NCBI GenBank assembly: GCA_000934665.2
Contig: JYFJ02002324.1
Location: 1 to 58,995, forward strand
Reading direction: 5' to 3'
From: Catajapyx aquilonaris
Taxonomy: Eukaryota
DNA length: 58,995 nucleotides
Shown here: positions 12,401 to 25,290 of the stretch, piece after piece
Layout: each line of letters starts with the position of its first letter
Numbering within the stretch: the first letter of the stretch is position 1
Notes under the pieces: model-generated
The model's input: only the letters and a program-made list of their open reading frames with translations
Databases searched by the model: none
Told to the model about the DNA's origin: nothing
Position numbers and translations under genes: made by a program

Positions 12401-15400
12401 AATGGTACATTTCCATAAGCAATGGGATTAAGTTAACTAGCGACCACACATAATGACATTGAAGTGTGTAATCAGTTTTATTGTACCATGATTTAACTGT
12501 CATACTATTTATTTACACATAGTATACAGTTCACTTTTTAACGAATATTTGATATGACAGAAACAAATCCCGGTACGTATTGAAATGTGCAGAACAAAAT
12601 AAGCTCATCTCATGACATATGAGTATGTCAACCTCATCGACTAGGGCTACTTTACCTTTAAAGTGTATTTGGTACAATAAAACTCATTACACACTTCAAA
12701 GGCATTATATGTGGTCGCTAACGTAATCCCATTGCATATGAAAATGTACCATTTTTGTCACTTTAACACGTCATAAATTTTGAAAAAATGAACTTCAGCC
12801 CGAAATGACTTCATTTTTGGTTATCATATAGTGTATTGTCCTTGATTAGCATATTCAGTATCCGTTATTATCACCTGAGGTGTGTTCCTTGTTAGCTTTA
12901 ACCAGTTGTTGTTCTACGTGCTTCTTATTTCTCTAACTGGAAGTGACTTGTACAATACAGTAGTATTCTGTTATCACCTCCCCAGGCATTGAAATCCATC
13001 TTCTAGAGGCCTAGGGTGGCCCCAGAAAGAGGTCTAATTACTCATCCAAAACATTCTCCTGTCTTGTGTACCCTCCTTCCTGCTTCAACTTATATTTAAT
13101 TGAAGAATTATTTTGCAGTCATGCCTGGAAGAAAAGCGTCACATGCTGACAGAACTGTTGGCAGAGTTGATGCGACAGCAGGAAGAACGTCAGAAACAGC
13201 TGCTGAATTGGCTAGAGGAGGCTGAACGGCGTCGAGGTGAAGCAGCTGCTGACTACTGGCTGGTGCAGTATCAGCGGCTAATGGATAGTCAACCACAAAC
13301 CTTATTATCCAATCTGTCTTTGATGGATCCTGCTCTGCGTGAGCTTCTCTTTTGCGCTGGTGCTGAAAAATATGTGCCATTCTTCGCTCGGAGAGACGTG
13401 ACAATGCAGCAGCTGTGCCTTATGGGGGATGAGGAACTTAAGGAGGTGAGCTGTGTTTAAGCAGTATCAATGGATTCTCATAGATCAGTTGGAAGAGCAA
13501 GAGATTCTGACTGGCGCTCCCAGGTTAGAATCCTGGTGAAAGTAATGCATTCCAAGTGTTAGTATCATGTCCTGTATAATGTGACGTATGTGATGCACTA
13601 TTTTAATTCAGGACACATTATTATTGATATAGATAACAGGGTACATGTACATGTAGCATTCGATTTGTTGCTTTTTTTTTGGGGGGGGGGGAAGAGGAAT
13701 AATTTTTAGTTGTGAATTGTAGGATGTACAGGAAGTCCCCAGTTTACAAACGACCCGACTTACAGCGATCCGTACATACGAATGGGTTCCCATGGCACCC
13801 AAGGCTTCCCATAAGTGAGGGGTGTGGTGGAAAAACATGATAACTGACAAAGGTGTAATTTTTCAGGAGGGCGAATTGATGTTTGCATTTTCTTAACAAA
13901 TAATAGGGAATGTTGGTTTGGATCTAGTCCGTGTGGCCGTCTCATGCATGATACTTGAACTTGGAGTATACCAAACTGTTTGTCATGTCTTATACATAGT
14001 TGCTTGGTGTTTCGGTAAAAAATGACAAAAATGTCAGTTATCATGTTTTTCCCCCACAGCCCTCAAGTATAATTTATCATATGTTATCCCTCCCCTTTCT
14101 ATCTCTGCGTATGTTGACAGAGGCCAAAGTTCAACATAAATACTGCGTAATTATGAAATTATTGGAAAACTAAGTTGTTCTGCGCTTGTAAACAAACACA
14201 ATCATGACGTAAGCGGTTTGTTGGAGCAGCATATTTACGCTGCATCTAATTATGCGCTGTTCCTCATGGGTTCGAGTTACATACAAATCCGACTTATGTA
14301 CATTTTCAGGAACGTAACCCCATTCGTAGACCGGGGACATCCGGAAATTTCAGAAGGGAAACTGAAACTCAGGTTTTTCTTATCTGGTTTATGAGTTGTG
14401 AAAATGTGGGCATGATATTGTAATTATTTTCATTACTTGGAAAAGCCGCCAAAAGGGTTAATCACCCATAATAATTATTAGGGGGCACGGCAGTGCCCCC
14501 GCCAAGTTCTCGCCGCACTGCCGGACCACCTTTACCCGACACAACTCGCGTCATTTTGACCCCCTCGAATCTTCGCACTGGTTATTATTACTTGGAAAAG
14601 GCCCATGGAAGAATTGGATGGTGCAGGAGTTTTTCTTTTTACAACAATGGTAACTCATGCCCAATTTTTAGAGTCACATATTATTCACTAAAACTGATAT
14701 GAAGAGTTTCAATGGATTTTCTTGTGTTCAAGTGGGTTGCATTTGACACAATTTATGATTTCAGGTTGGGATCCCTAGCAGTGAGACACGACTGGCCATC
14801 TTGCAAGCAATCACAGAATTTACAAAGGCAAAGGAGGAAGTTTGTCACAAGCTGGCCCGCCTTCAGTCCACTGAGTTGCCCATTCCAACGGCCCCTGAAG
14901 CTGACAATCCGTCAGAGGAGTCACCAGAGCCTGAAGAGAGACCTGGATCAGTGTTCCAACTTCCTGAGGAGATTGCGGTGGATGAGACTGGAGCTCGGGT
15001 GGTTGAGAATGAATGTGTTGTTTGCATGGATAAAAAGGTGTGTGTTTATCCATCCTTATTCAGTCCTTATTGTATACATACAGTATGTAGTATAATATAT
15101 TATGCAAGTATGCAGGTTGCTTTAGTCATGGGAAATTTAGCTTAAAGCTGTTATTTATGTGTAGCTTGTTGTGATTCAATCCAGCTGCCATATTATACAG
15201 GGTGTAAATGAATTCGGGGGACAAACTTGTATGGGTAATAGAGGGGACCAAGACAAACATATTTGTCCTAGGAACCTGTGTCCGGAAACGCCATCTAGAG
15301 GGGGTTCATAGACAAGGAACAGGTGCGCTCAGACGCGTCAGGCGGGCGGCTTTAGCGAGCGGACCGTTTAGTTGCTATGTGGCGCGCGGATTGTACACAA

Positions 15401-16503
15401 CTTCGCAATTTGCCATAACCTGGCAACAACAGAGCCACCTAGCAACTAAAGTCAGTATGCTAGGTAGCGCCAAAGAGTTCTGCTATTATATAATATAATA
15501 CCTAGAGGAGGTACTCCCTATCCTTTTCTATTAGACAGGCTGAGGCAGCGGCCATCTTGTTGGAGGTAATATTGTTGCCTGCATTGTTGCCTGCCTCACA
15601 TTTCAGCCCGAGTGCCTCCTCTAGGTATATATATATATATATATATAATATAGCAGAACTCTTTGGGTAGCGCACAGATAATAAACAACAACTCTGTTGT
15701 TGCCAAGTTATGGCGAATTGCAAAGTTGTGTACAATCCGCGCGCCACCTAGCAACTAAGCGGTCCGCTCGCTAACGCCTCCCGCCTGACGCGTCTGAGTG
15801 CACCCATTCCTTGTCTATGAACCCCCTCTAGATGGCGTTTCCGGACACGGGTTCCTAGGACAAATATGTTTGTCTTGGTCCCCTCTATTACCCCTACAAG
15901 TTTGTCCCCCGAATTCATTTACACCCTGTATAGCAACTGCTCTATTTGACCACCTGGGAGTAATGGGGAACCTGGATTCAGGCACAGTAAGTTACACAAA
16001 AAATGACTTATTTCAGGTGATATTAGTGATAACTAAAAACTATCCTGATATTGAACCCTGAACTAATATTGAACACCCTGTATATCGACTGTCTCCTGCA
16101 CACTTATTGTATGTCACACATGCACAGTTTTGAGAAAACAAGACTTGAAAGTTTAAGCACCAATAGAAATTAAGAATAATCCTGAAACGATGATCTTGTA
16201 CGTGTCGCACGGCAACATGGGAAAGACATTCCACATTTCTGCAGCTGGTAGGCACGGAGCTGAGGCATCCCATGGTGGACATATCTCGTTATTGCTTAAA
16301 AGTGGACATACAATAAGTGTGCAGGAGACAGTCAATATGCAATACTGGCAAGGTTCAGGTAACCATTTCTTTCATTTCAGTGTGGCCTGATATTTTTGCC
16401 ATGTGGCCATGTTTGCTGCTGCTTGCCATGTGGAGAGAACATGCAGAGCTGTCCCTTATGCCGACAGGACATCACTCGGAAGGTCCAACTGTTCTTCATG
16501 TAA
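2243..16503 (+). CDS. LRSAM1: E3 ubiquitin-protein ligase LRSAM1 (Tal), 3' part: coiled coil, SAM, PTAP, C-terminal RING; the LRR-encoding 5' exons were not identified in the window
   Basis: Phase-consistent exons: 2243-2272, 2406-2507, 3580-3688, 3748-3915, 3975-4074, 8130-8373, 13119-13445, 14765-15037, 16381-16503 (TAA). Peptides LEKRK|EQKLLEQ, EQSRLE, DVLSAMQ, DYWLVQYQRLMD, GAEKYVPFFARRDVT (SAM), PTAP and ECVVCMDKK|CGLIFLPCGHVCCCLPC...CPLCRQDI follow vertebrate LRSAM1 in the same order. Confidence 0.95.
2550..2806 (+). mobile_element. tRNA-derived SINE family A with V-domain-like core
   Basis: A box TGGCATAGTGG, degenerate B box, and core TTCTCTCCGTGTTTGCATGGGTTTTCTCGGGGTTCTCCCGTTTCCTCCCAC. 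A second copy lies at 26310-26617. Confidence 0.85.
2807..3010. repeat. (AAT)n microsatellite with an internally duplicated interrupted unit
   Basis: Seen directly; the interrupted block AAAAAATAATGAT...TTTTTATTAATATT occurs twice. Confidence 0.9.
3013..3332. mobile_element. Tc1/mariner (pogo/Tigger-like) MITE
   Basis: TIR CAGTAGAGCATCGATTAT / ATAATCGATGCTCTACTG with TA on the right flank. Confidence 0.75.
3333..3417. repeat. (TAT)n microsatellite
   Basis: Seen directly. Confidence 0.9.
4230..4482 (-). mobile_element. tRNA-derived SINE family B
   Basis: Minus-strand A/B boxes (GGTTCGAATCCC). 15-bp TSD TGCATCCTCTGATAT at 4215-4229 and 4483-4497. Homologous copy at 35404-35664. Confidence 0.88.
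4710..6785. mobile_element. Non-autonomous DNA transposon, Sola2-like, with repeated subterminal motif
   Basis: Ends (C)GGCATTTTTGCGATA / TACCGCAAAAATGCCC, 4-bp TSD AGCT, and six copies of TTGGTTCGTTAC. Confidence 0.5.
7588..7693 (+). mobile_element. tRNA-derived SINE family C, 5' fragment
   Basis: GGTGGCCGAGATGG...GGTTCGATCCC, matching the head of the full copy at 46710-47079. Confidence 0.75.
8940..9622. mobile_element. Sola2-like MITE (GAG...CTC termini)
   Basis: About 30-bp imperfect TIR GAGGACGTGGCTGCTAAAAGCGGCTATCTT / AAGTTAGCCGCTTTTGGCAGCCACCTCCTC; flanks TTAT/GTAT. Confidence 0.6.
10308..10442. mobile_element. Hairpin MITE
   Basis: Near-perfect inverted arms of about 58 bp (TGTGAGGTTCCATGCCTGCAGTGAACCTACTGGG...). 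Confidence 0.7.
12259..12891. mobile_element. Foldback MITE with long TIRs and TTA TSD
   Basis: About 230-bp inverted arms starting CAAGGAACA; TTA on both sides. Confidence 0.8.
13475..13543 (+). mobile_element. tRNA-like SINE head, family E
   Basis: TAGATCAGTTGGAAGAGC...GGTTAGAATCCTGGTGAAAGT, homologous to 47666-47739 on the minus strand. Confidence 0.55.
13729..14343. mobile_element. Tigger/pogo-like MITE with a nested element
   Basis: TA|CAGGAAGTCCCCAGTTTAC ... GTAGACCGGGGACATCCG imperfect TIR. Confidence 0.5.
13817..14064. mobile_element. Sola2-like MITE
   Basis: TIR GAGGG...GGAAAAACATGATAACTGACA / TGTCAGTTATCATGTTTTTCC...CCCTC with 4-bp TSD AAGT. Confidence 0.7.
15198..15928. mobile_element. 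Tc1/mariner-type MITE with very long TIRs
   Basis: TA|CAGGGTGTAAATGAATTC ... GAATTCATTTACACCCTG|TA, with highly similar arms over 230 bp. Confidence 0.9.
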
Positions 16504-16750
16504 GTGTACAGACAAACCTGGGTCTGGTCCATTGCAGCACAAATGGCCTTATGATTGCTGTCATAACCTGGTTTTTTTTTCTTTGTGTTTCTATGAATGC
16601 AAAAGTAACTTATAACAGTGTGAGTCCATTTGATTTTTAAGGTTTGCTGTAAAATCTTAATATCAAGTGTTGCCCAGTAGTGGTGAACTATTCTGCCTTG
16701 TTTCTTGAGATATGGTCATTTACAAGGCTATGAATTATAAATTATATTAA

Positions 16751-16771
16751 CTCTCTCTCTCTCTCTCTCCC

Positions 16772-16829
<58 letters not shown>

Positions 16830-16835
16830 CCTCTC
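16751..16835. repeat. (CT)n microsatellite
   Basis: Seen directly, downstream of the LRSAM1 stop codon. Confidence 0.9.
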
Positions 16836-17462
16836 TTTCCCCACTCCCTCCCTCCCCCTCCCTCCCCCACAAGTGATGCCATCTCACTCTTGGCTCACTT
16901 AGACTAATTTTTAAAATCTGCATTGGGCAGAGTCTAGTGAAGCTGATGTACCAGCATGAGCAAAATGGAGGTCCATAATAACCGAATAACTTCCCAAAGC
17001 CAATGTTATATTGGTCTGGACCAAACATGACTGCATCCATGTGATGTACCACACTCCGTCTATAGAAAAATAATATTTTTGTTTAGTCATTCAGTGGCAG
17101 TACTTTTTGATCCCTTTGCCCAACTTTTTGCTCATGTGGGTACAAATCTTTGACATGAGGCAAGTTGAAAATGCAGAGGAATGAAATTATTGAATCATAC
17201 ATCCTGTATTATATAAGCCATGGAGGGTCTGTCTTTCTGTTTGTCCAGAGTTTTTCTCTAACCTTCTCACCAAGTAGAAGGCTGCAACTTGGTACACTGA
17301 TTGCCTGGATTATGTGTGTCCCCCCAAAATTACGAAAAGTCAAGGAAGTGGAATTGGGAGAGGGTGTTCAGGGGGAGGAACATTTTCCCATGCCGATGTA
17401 GTCATGTACAGATGGATCGATTCAGCCTGGGGACACTTCTATCCCACGCCAATAGAAAAAGC

Positions 17463-17675
17463 TGTGCCATTATCTCTTCCCTCAGAGGCCCTAATATATC
17501 TGCAATGGAATCCCATGATGCATCATGAGTTCAGCGTCCCTTACGGCAGAACTATGCTCTAGGTCATGCTCTAGGTGTTAGTGCATAGTTGTGCCAAGGG
17601 ACGCTGAACTTATGATGCAGGGAGGGATTCCATTGCCGATATATTGGCACCACTGCGGGAAGGAATAACGGCATG
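17463..17675. mobile_element. Degenerate hairpin MITE
   Basis: ATATATCTGCAATGGAATCCC...TTCAGCGTCCCTT is mirrored by AAGGGACGCTGAA...GGGATTCCATTGCCGATATAT. Confidence 0.5.
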
Positions 17676-17986
17676 CAAGATGACGGCGAATGTCCCGACC
17701 TATTCTTCTAAGGCCGTGGCTCGATTCCATGCCTCAGGGCTTTGCTGACTCGGCTTATCACAAGAATTGTCTGTATTGGTTTCTAAAATTTACTGTTCCC
17801 AAACACACCAACTGTGTCTTTTTCTTCCTCTGCATAAAGATGGGGCTACATCAATAGATCCCTTTCAGGTAGGGGTGGGGTTAGGTCAACAGGTGAAAAT
17901 GGAGGGGAGGGGTTGGGAGAGAAAGGAGGATGAAAATGAAATTTACTTTGGGACAACCAATGGGTTTTTTTGTGGGGAAGTTTTAA

Positions 17987-18495
17987 CCCTGGAACTGTGA
18001 TGTGGGGGTGGGGGGTGTCTTTAGGACCACAAAGGAATTAAAAAGCATTGCAATGAGTGACCTTGAAACTATAATAACCTGAAACTATGTTCTTAAAAAA
18101 AAACTTCATTTCATGGATCAAATCCGGTTTCATAATTTTCACACCTACCAAAATGTAGATAAGTTGTTGTTTTTGGACCTGTGCTCTCATAATTGTAATT
18201 AATTATGTATTATTATTATGTCATAATTATGTAAGTGCTAATACGCTGTAAAAGAAGCACCTAGATAACTTTATTATTATGAACTGTTGCCATTTAAAAA
18301 TAGTATATATAACAGGAAGTGCATATTTATTTTGAATTAGTGATCATTTTAGGCATTGTTCAAAGAATGATTGCATATAGTCAATACATTGAAAAGTATT
18401 ATATAAAAATTAATATAAATTAAAATATGGCGTGGGGTCCTAAAGGACCCCACGGCACAGTTAACAGCACTTTCAGGCACGTCACAATTCCAGGG
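17987..18495 (+). mobile_element. piggyBac-type MITE
   Basis: TTAA|CCCTGGAA ... TTCCAGGG|TTAA. A shorter copy in the opposite orientation lies at 31230-31516. Confidence 0.85.
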
Positions 18496-18647
18496 TTAAT
18501 AATCATGTGGCCCAGGACTTTACCTGGTGCCCTGGTGCAAAAGTAGCCCAACTGACCTCCAGGCACAGGATGATGGGCATGAGAAGGAATGGGGGGCAGG
18601 GGTTCAGTATTCTACACTTTTTGTGTTACTCTACCGAGCATTTAGTG

Positions 18648-18814
18648 ATGTACAGTCAGTTTAAAATGTATGGTAGAAGACCAGAAGCTCAAATTAGCTT
18701 CCAAGAGAGGTGCTCCTCCCTCTTCCTCACCAGTTGCAAGAGGGAGGAGTGCCTCTCTTGGAGGCTAATTTGAGCTTCTGGTCTTCTACCACACCTTTTT
18801 AACTGGTAGTACAT
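18648..18814. mobile_element. Hairpin MITE
   Basis: Arms TGGTAGAAGACCAGAAGCTCAAATTAGC...CTCCTCCCTCTT are nearly perfectly mirrored. Confidence 0.7.
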
Positions 18815-19263
18815 TATATTTTTGCCATCACATTTTCTCTAATAGTGAGACAGGCAATTTTTGTGACATGACACCTGCAGGTGTGTATAAATGCAGGTTT
18901 GTGACTATCAAAATATTGATAGCAGTGTTTTACGAGGCATGTTGTCCCTTTACATAGTCAGCTTATTTTCATGTCAAAGTATCATAGGTCTTGTTGTTTA
19001 ATAGCATAACTAATATTGTGTAAACACAGTTGTTCTACCCATGTTCATACTGGAATTCTTGAAATGTGTGCAGTGTTTGCAACATTCACCAATCAATGTT
19101 TCCCTATATTTACTAGGAAAATGGTTATTGGTAAATAGGAATGTTGCACATATTGTGCACATCCTAGTATGAACTCGCCTTAAGGTCCCTTCTTTGACAT
19201 TGACTGTTTGGGTCAATGAAGTTGTGACAGTATGTGCCAGCCCCCGCAACTAGCTCTCTTTTC

Positions 19264-19587
19264 CTGTGCACTTAGCTGGTCCGCTAACCCCGGATGTAGA
19301 GTCCACAAAACCCAGATGTAGAGCCCTATATCAAAACGCATTCTGGCGGACGTCTCTGAATCGCTCTGAGCCTACCTATATTGTCAACTCCCAATCAGCT
19401 CCTGTTTGCAGATCCAACAATCAGCCACCAATTGGAACGGTCGAAATGGCATTCGTGTGGCTGATGGTTGGATCTGCAAACAGGAGCTGATTGGGAGTTG
19501 ATAGTATAGGTAGATTTGGAACGGTTCAGTGATGTGTTCTGATACAGGGCTCTACATCCGGAGATAGTGGACCAGCTAAGCGCACGG
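19264..19587. mobile_element. Palindromic MITE
   Basis: GTGCACTTAGCTGGTCC...CCGGATGTAGAG / CTCTACATCCGG...GGACCAGCTAAGCGCAC, plus internal mirrored CAATCAGCTCCTGTTTGCAGATCCAAC. Confidence 0.75.
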
Positions 19588-19872
19588 CCTTCCCTGTATG
19601 GCTAGATAGGAAGTTGCAAGGGGCTGGTATATGCCATTAAAATATTTACAATTGAGCTTACATTCTTGTGAGTGAAAATGTTGGCCCCCGGACTGCATTT
19701 CTGCCACAGACAGAAAACAAGCCGTACCTGCAATGTGCAGTAAGATCTGCGATTGTTTGTCCAACTGTATTAGAGACAGCTGCAGTAGCTGTGGCAGACA
19801 AGCAACTGCAGTGCACTGCACTTAGTAGGTAGTTTTTTTCCTGCCCATGGCCGAGTTCCTCATATTGGGTAG

Positions 19873-20018
19873 GTATCAACGGTTCAAAAAGAATTGTCCC
19901 TCGCGTCGAGCGGGCAGCCACGCGTCAGGATGAAAGCAACCAGTTAACTGGTTCATTTCATTCTGACGCGTGGCTGCCCGCTCGACACGAGGGACAATTC
20001 TTTTTGGACTGATGATAC
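19873..20018. mobile_element. Loopless palindromic MITE
   Basis: About 73-bp arms centred on CCAGTTAACTGG. Confidence 0.75.
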
Positions 20019-22499
20019 AACCAGGTATAACCATTATGCAAAATTTGCACGATACAAATGTGAGCTCAATTCTGAAACACATAGTAGACTCTACAGTTCT
20101 GGTACTATTGTACAGCAGTAGCAGTGCATTTCCAACTAGGCCTTATCAGGTGTCAAGGAAGTTTCCTTACTTATTATGCTGTACATCTGTATCGAAAATG
20201 TTTGGAGTTTTTGACAAGTTGGATTTTCTTAATACATCGATTGTATGTACTACCCAGCAGTGAACGTGTGGTTGTTGCCTTTCACTTATGAATACTATCA
20301 CGTGTGTGCTTGCATCTTTCTTTTTGCTCAATCCAATTTTATGTAATGTTAAATTTCTCAAGGATGTGAAACTCCAACTGTACACCTAGTCATAGAAATT
20401 ATGGTTACCTGTGGCAGCATTTTAAAATATATTGAGGTCAAGGTGCTGTGAATTAAAATCAAAAGTTTAACAGCCATTACTTTTTCCAGTTCGGACTAGC
20501 CATGGATGTGAAGCTCCGATTCAACCCCTCCAAATTTTGCACCCTTTTGGTTTGCACTGCTGACCAATATTGTTAGTTCCTCCTCATGAATGCCTTATTG
20601 GGATTCAGTCACCCGATGTTTGTGATATGCTCATACGCTTATGATAACTTAGCAAGACTACAATTCGGAGAAAAACCCTGGTTACAGCTGACAGTTATTG
20701 TCATGATAACTGCACATGAAAGTGATTGTTGCAGTGTTTTCTTGTCGTGTGTTAATGATTGATTATATCTGTGTAGTGGTGCACCTTAATCCCAGGTATT
20801 ATGGTCACATTTGATGCGACCTTTACATGTACATGCCAAAATACCGTCTAGGAGAAGTTCATAATTGTGGTGACTACAACGATGATTAATGTATTTTTGA
20901 ATATTTCATAGCTTTTCACTTGTCAATGCAAAACTTCCAGTCTGTCCACACTAATTAATGCTTTCTCGCAGTGTGTGCCATTTGAAAGTCCATTTTCATA
21001 TCTTCATATTCTATTAGATGTTTTTAAATACTGTGTACTCTGACGTATGTAAGTGTAATATTAGTGAGGTTTTGGAGTTATTTACAACACCTTGGCTGCT
21101 CTCTTGCCATAATTCCAAGTGCTGCATGATGCAGATAAGGCAGGATCAGAGCACAAACTGGTACAGTGCTGGGCATTAATTCCATCATACAGCTACCAAC
21201 ATTTGTTGCAGTGGCAAAAGAGCGCATCGAGTAACAAGTGACAGACCCTGCTCGTGACGTCACAGGCTATGTGCAATTGTTCAAAACATGTTGGAGGGAG
21301 CGGTGGCATCACTAGCAGGGTCTATCACTTCGTACTTGCAATGCTCGCACTTCATCACTTTGATGCACTCTTCTACTGCCACGACATAGTAGTACACTGC
21401 ACTAATGGTTGGTTGCTGCAGAGGAACTATTACGTTGACACAGATGCAATGGCTACACATAAGTACAAAGAATAGCATCACAGCAATAGCTGCAGTTTAG
21501 TATCTTTTTCAGCACAACCAAGAACACCTAGTGGCTGACATTGGGCCACTTGGTGTTGGCTGCCAGAGTCAAACACGCAAAGTCGTTTCAGAGTCAGATA
21601 CATTAGGCATGTATATATAATGACTGCTAAAATTGCATGGTTGAGTAACCTCAGATTCAGAGGGCATCAGGATTGAACCCAGGGTCAAGTTTGCTTTGTA
21701 TATAGAGTATATTGAAAAATTAGCAACTCCAACCCTGGGACAAAGTCCCATGTTTTCCAGAAATTGCGTCGTATGAGGGGGGGAGTCATCCTGTCATACT
21801 GTAACTAGGCCTCAACCTCATCTAGGAGCCCAAACACACTTTTTCCAACGCGAATCTCCCCTCCATTTGAAAACGGCCTCAAGAGTGGCAGAATCTTGGT
21901 AGGGGAGCAGGGTTGACTCCAGGTCTGATTTGACCCCTACAGCTCAGGTTTTAACTGCCAGTATGTATATGAACAAAATAATAGCAAACCTCCTCTCAAC
22001 CCAGTGTCAACTCTGACCCTGCATTCGAAAACCCATTATGCATGCATGCCTTAATGTTACAAAGCAGAGTTCCATAATGTGGAAAACAAAATTATTTCTT
22101 TATTTTTAAATATTTCATGCTGGCTGATGCCATTTCTTTAAGGGGGTAACCATTGCCTTGAACCTGTCTGGGTGGAGCTGACAGGCTCTAATGTACATGT
22201 TCCTAATGGCCACCCCTTTGAATGTATTTTCTTTCATGACATGAGCTAATATATCTGTGAATAAACATTCTGAAATATTATTCACATGTGCACTTTAATT
22301 CTGACTTATCTCCTAATTATTTATTTATTTCTTGTTGATGTCGCCAAGAGGGTGATTGACAGGGGTGTGTTAATCACTGGATGCCATGGATTTACAGAGC
22401 AGGTATTGTCCACAACTGAGTCAGACACGCTGCAATGTTTTTCTTAAAAAGGTGCGTAAAACAGTCTCATGCTTCTTGAGGAATCTTGTACAGTGTTTC

Positions 22500-23490
22500 T
22501 TACTAGTGTCATCTGGCCAACAGCATAGTTGCTGGCCCAAAACAAGTAAAAAATGTAGGGGGAAGATATGTTGCAGTCGAGCAACTGGTCATGAGATAGA
22601 AGACCAGGCACACTAGCCTGCCGCTATTCAGATGCGGCAATGCAAGTGACACTTCTTTGTAGGGAGATCGCGTGGCAGATTTACTTGCATAGCTACAGCT
22701 AAGGAGAATGATATGAGCAGGCAAATAATTACTGATGGGATTTTGCCAGTTTGCCTCTTTGGCAGTAATGATTATCACACTCTTATCCTGCTCCCTAGGT
22801 AACTGACGAGAAGTCTACTTTCCAGGCAATCTCCTTACAATGAAGTGTCATATGCAGGACCGGTACTGCAAGTGTGTAGGAGCAGGCCTACATTTTTTTA
22901 AATTTGATCCCATACGTACACTGCCAGCTGAATGACATACTAGTAAGAAACATCTTGTATACAGGATGTTTCATAGTACTAGTATGGCCAACGGCAGTCA
23001 GTGTATTCCTTGGGCCAAAACAAATCCAAGATGTAGGGGGGAGAAATGTCAAGGGACCAACCAGTAGCGAGGTAGATGACCAGAAACATTGGCCCATCCC
23101 TAGACACGTGGCAACACACACACCTCTTTGTAGGGAGATTGCCTGGCAGACTGTCTCGCGCACCTTACAGTGGTTGCCTAGGGAGCAGGATATGAGCGTG
23201 ATCATTACTTCTGTGAAAGAAGTGATCTCGCAAAATCCCAACAGTCACGATTATAACCTGTTATAACGCTTCCCAGGCAACCATTGGTAAGGTTCGCAAG
23301 TCCATGTGCCAGATCTCCCTACAAAGAGGTGTCGTGTCTGTTGCTGCATGTGTCTAGGGGTGGGCCAATGTTTCTGGTCATCTGCCTCGTTGCTGGTTGG
23401 GCCCTTAGAATTTCTCCCCCCTACATTTGTTTTGGCCCTAGGAATACACAGACTGTCGTTGACCATACCAGTAAGAAACACTGTGTACAT
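22500..23490. repeat. Tandem pair of degenerate foldback elements
   Basis: The unit TGGCCAAC...GGGCCAAAACAAA..ATGTAGGGGG...TTTGTAGGGAGAT occurs forward at about 22510 and 22985, and reversed at about 22780-22850 and 23270-23490. Confidence 0.55.
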
Positions 23491-24259
23491 TACATAGAGT
23501 TTTGTACAGTCACTCTCTCCAGAGGTATTTCGCAAAAAGTTACACAGCTAGTGAATCACCCTGCATATTAAAGGTTAAATATTCATTGTAATGGAAGATG
23601 TTAGCTGCTGAAGCCCCAGGCTTTTCTGCAATATTCTTTTTGTCCTTGTAAGTTTACATGAAATTATTACTCTGTTTCGTGATTTTGGCACCTCCATTAT
23701 TTTTTGATACATGCCTACATTATCAGAGTAATGCTTGTGGTATTTCACTATGCTGTGCTGAAGAATCCAAGAATTGTTGTGAAGGTCTTTGTGAGGGAAG
23801 TAAATAAATACACTTGACTGAGTTGAGTTTGGATGCAACTTGCCTGCACCAATACACAATGATGCATTTAATGTCACTGGGTACAATCACTCCGTCAGGG
23901 TGCACAATACTGTTTCTCAGTTCTAACATGTGCATAAAAAGATATCTATAAAAACATTTTTATTAGGAAGCATAACATATATAATGTGCACCGGACATGG
24001 TAAGAACTTCTCAGAAACTTGTTCCATTGAGTAGCCCTGACATTTATGCATGCCATTTAGGGCTCTTTCTTTTGATTTCTTGAGTGAGTTTTTCACATGT
24101 ATCTTATTTGCTAAATTGTTATTAGTTCAATCTTTTACAGGGTGTTTTGTAATGATTGTGGCAAATCTATTGGATTGCATTCCTGCGGACTAGAGGATCA
24201 CTTTATGTAGGGGCGGCATTTGACCAGTGGCGCTCCGTTACTGAGATAATCGGCTCTTA

Positions 24260-24386
24260 GGGCCGGTTTCACCGAGCTCAGTATATGATAAATCCAGGGT
24301 TCTTTCTCAAAATCCCTATCTATTTGCATGGGATTTTCCTAAAGAAACCTGGTTTTATCATATACCAAGCTCGGTGAAACCGGCCC
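24260..24386. mobile_element. PIF/Harbinger mini-MITE, fully palindromic
   Basis: TIR GGGCCGGTTTCACCGAGCT is related to that of 1064-1564; flanks TTA/TCA. Confidence 0.75.
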
Positions 24387-24894
24387 TCAATCATGCAATG
24401 CAGCATATCCTAGGTTTTTTCATGATCCCAATATGTGCATCATCTGCACATCTTGCCAATCCACATGCAATGTCAGGATTGTGACCAATTAGCAATGTGC
24501 CTGAGGTGCATATGAATGGCTCATTTCACTGAGGGTGAGCTAACTTGTAAGTACTCTCCTATATGCATTCTTGTGTGCAGAGCTAAGAACCTTTACCCAG
24601 CAAATGCATCATCCACAGCAGCTGCCTGTAAAAAACATGCACAAACCTCTGGCCTATATGAATGCAATGTTATGGGTTTGTCAAACTCATTACAAAATAC
24701 TATGCATAGTAGAATATCCAAGAGAGTGCATGTCATTTGACTGAACTGGCAAAGCCCTCCAATGTTGAAATTTTTATGTCGAATAATAAAAATAGAAGCC
24801 TCCCATCAACAAAATCAAGTATAACATACAGTACATCAATCAGTAGCAATGTAATGAAGGGGAGGCGCTGAATGTGGCAGGTAAGTCACACATA

Positions 24895-25290
24895 CAGAGT
24901 GAAGGGAAACTGGCAGACAATTGTCAGGTAGACTGATATCTAGTACTGTACTTGTAGAACTAATATAGAGATGTGCAATTAGTTTTGGGCGCCGTCAAAG
25001 TTTCGTGATGCCACATCTGTTCCGCCAGCTTGAGGGCCTCCGAACAATCCAGCCTTGGGTCCGTAACACATCGTCCATGTGCAAGAAGTGATCAAAACCC
25101 CGTCAAAGTATGAAACTGGGTACAACACACATGAACTTGTCATTTTTACCTCATATTTTACCATCCGGCCCTCTACACTTTAAGGGTGCCATACGCATTA
25201 ACTACCCAAAAGTAATTGCACATCACTATATTAGTTTTATGAGTACTATCAGTCTACCTGGCGATTGTCGGCGAGTTTCCCTTCACCCTG
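24895..25290. mobile_element. Tc1/mariner-type MITE
   Basis: TA|CAGAGTGAAGGGAAACTGGCAGACAATTGTCAGGTAGACTGATA is mirrored at 25245-25290|TA. Confidence 0.75.
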
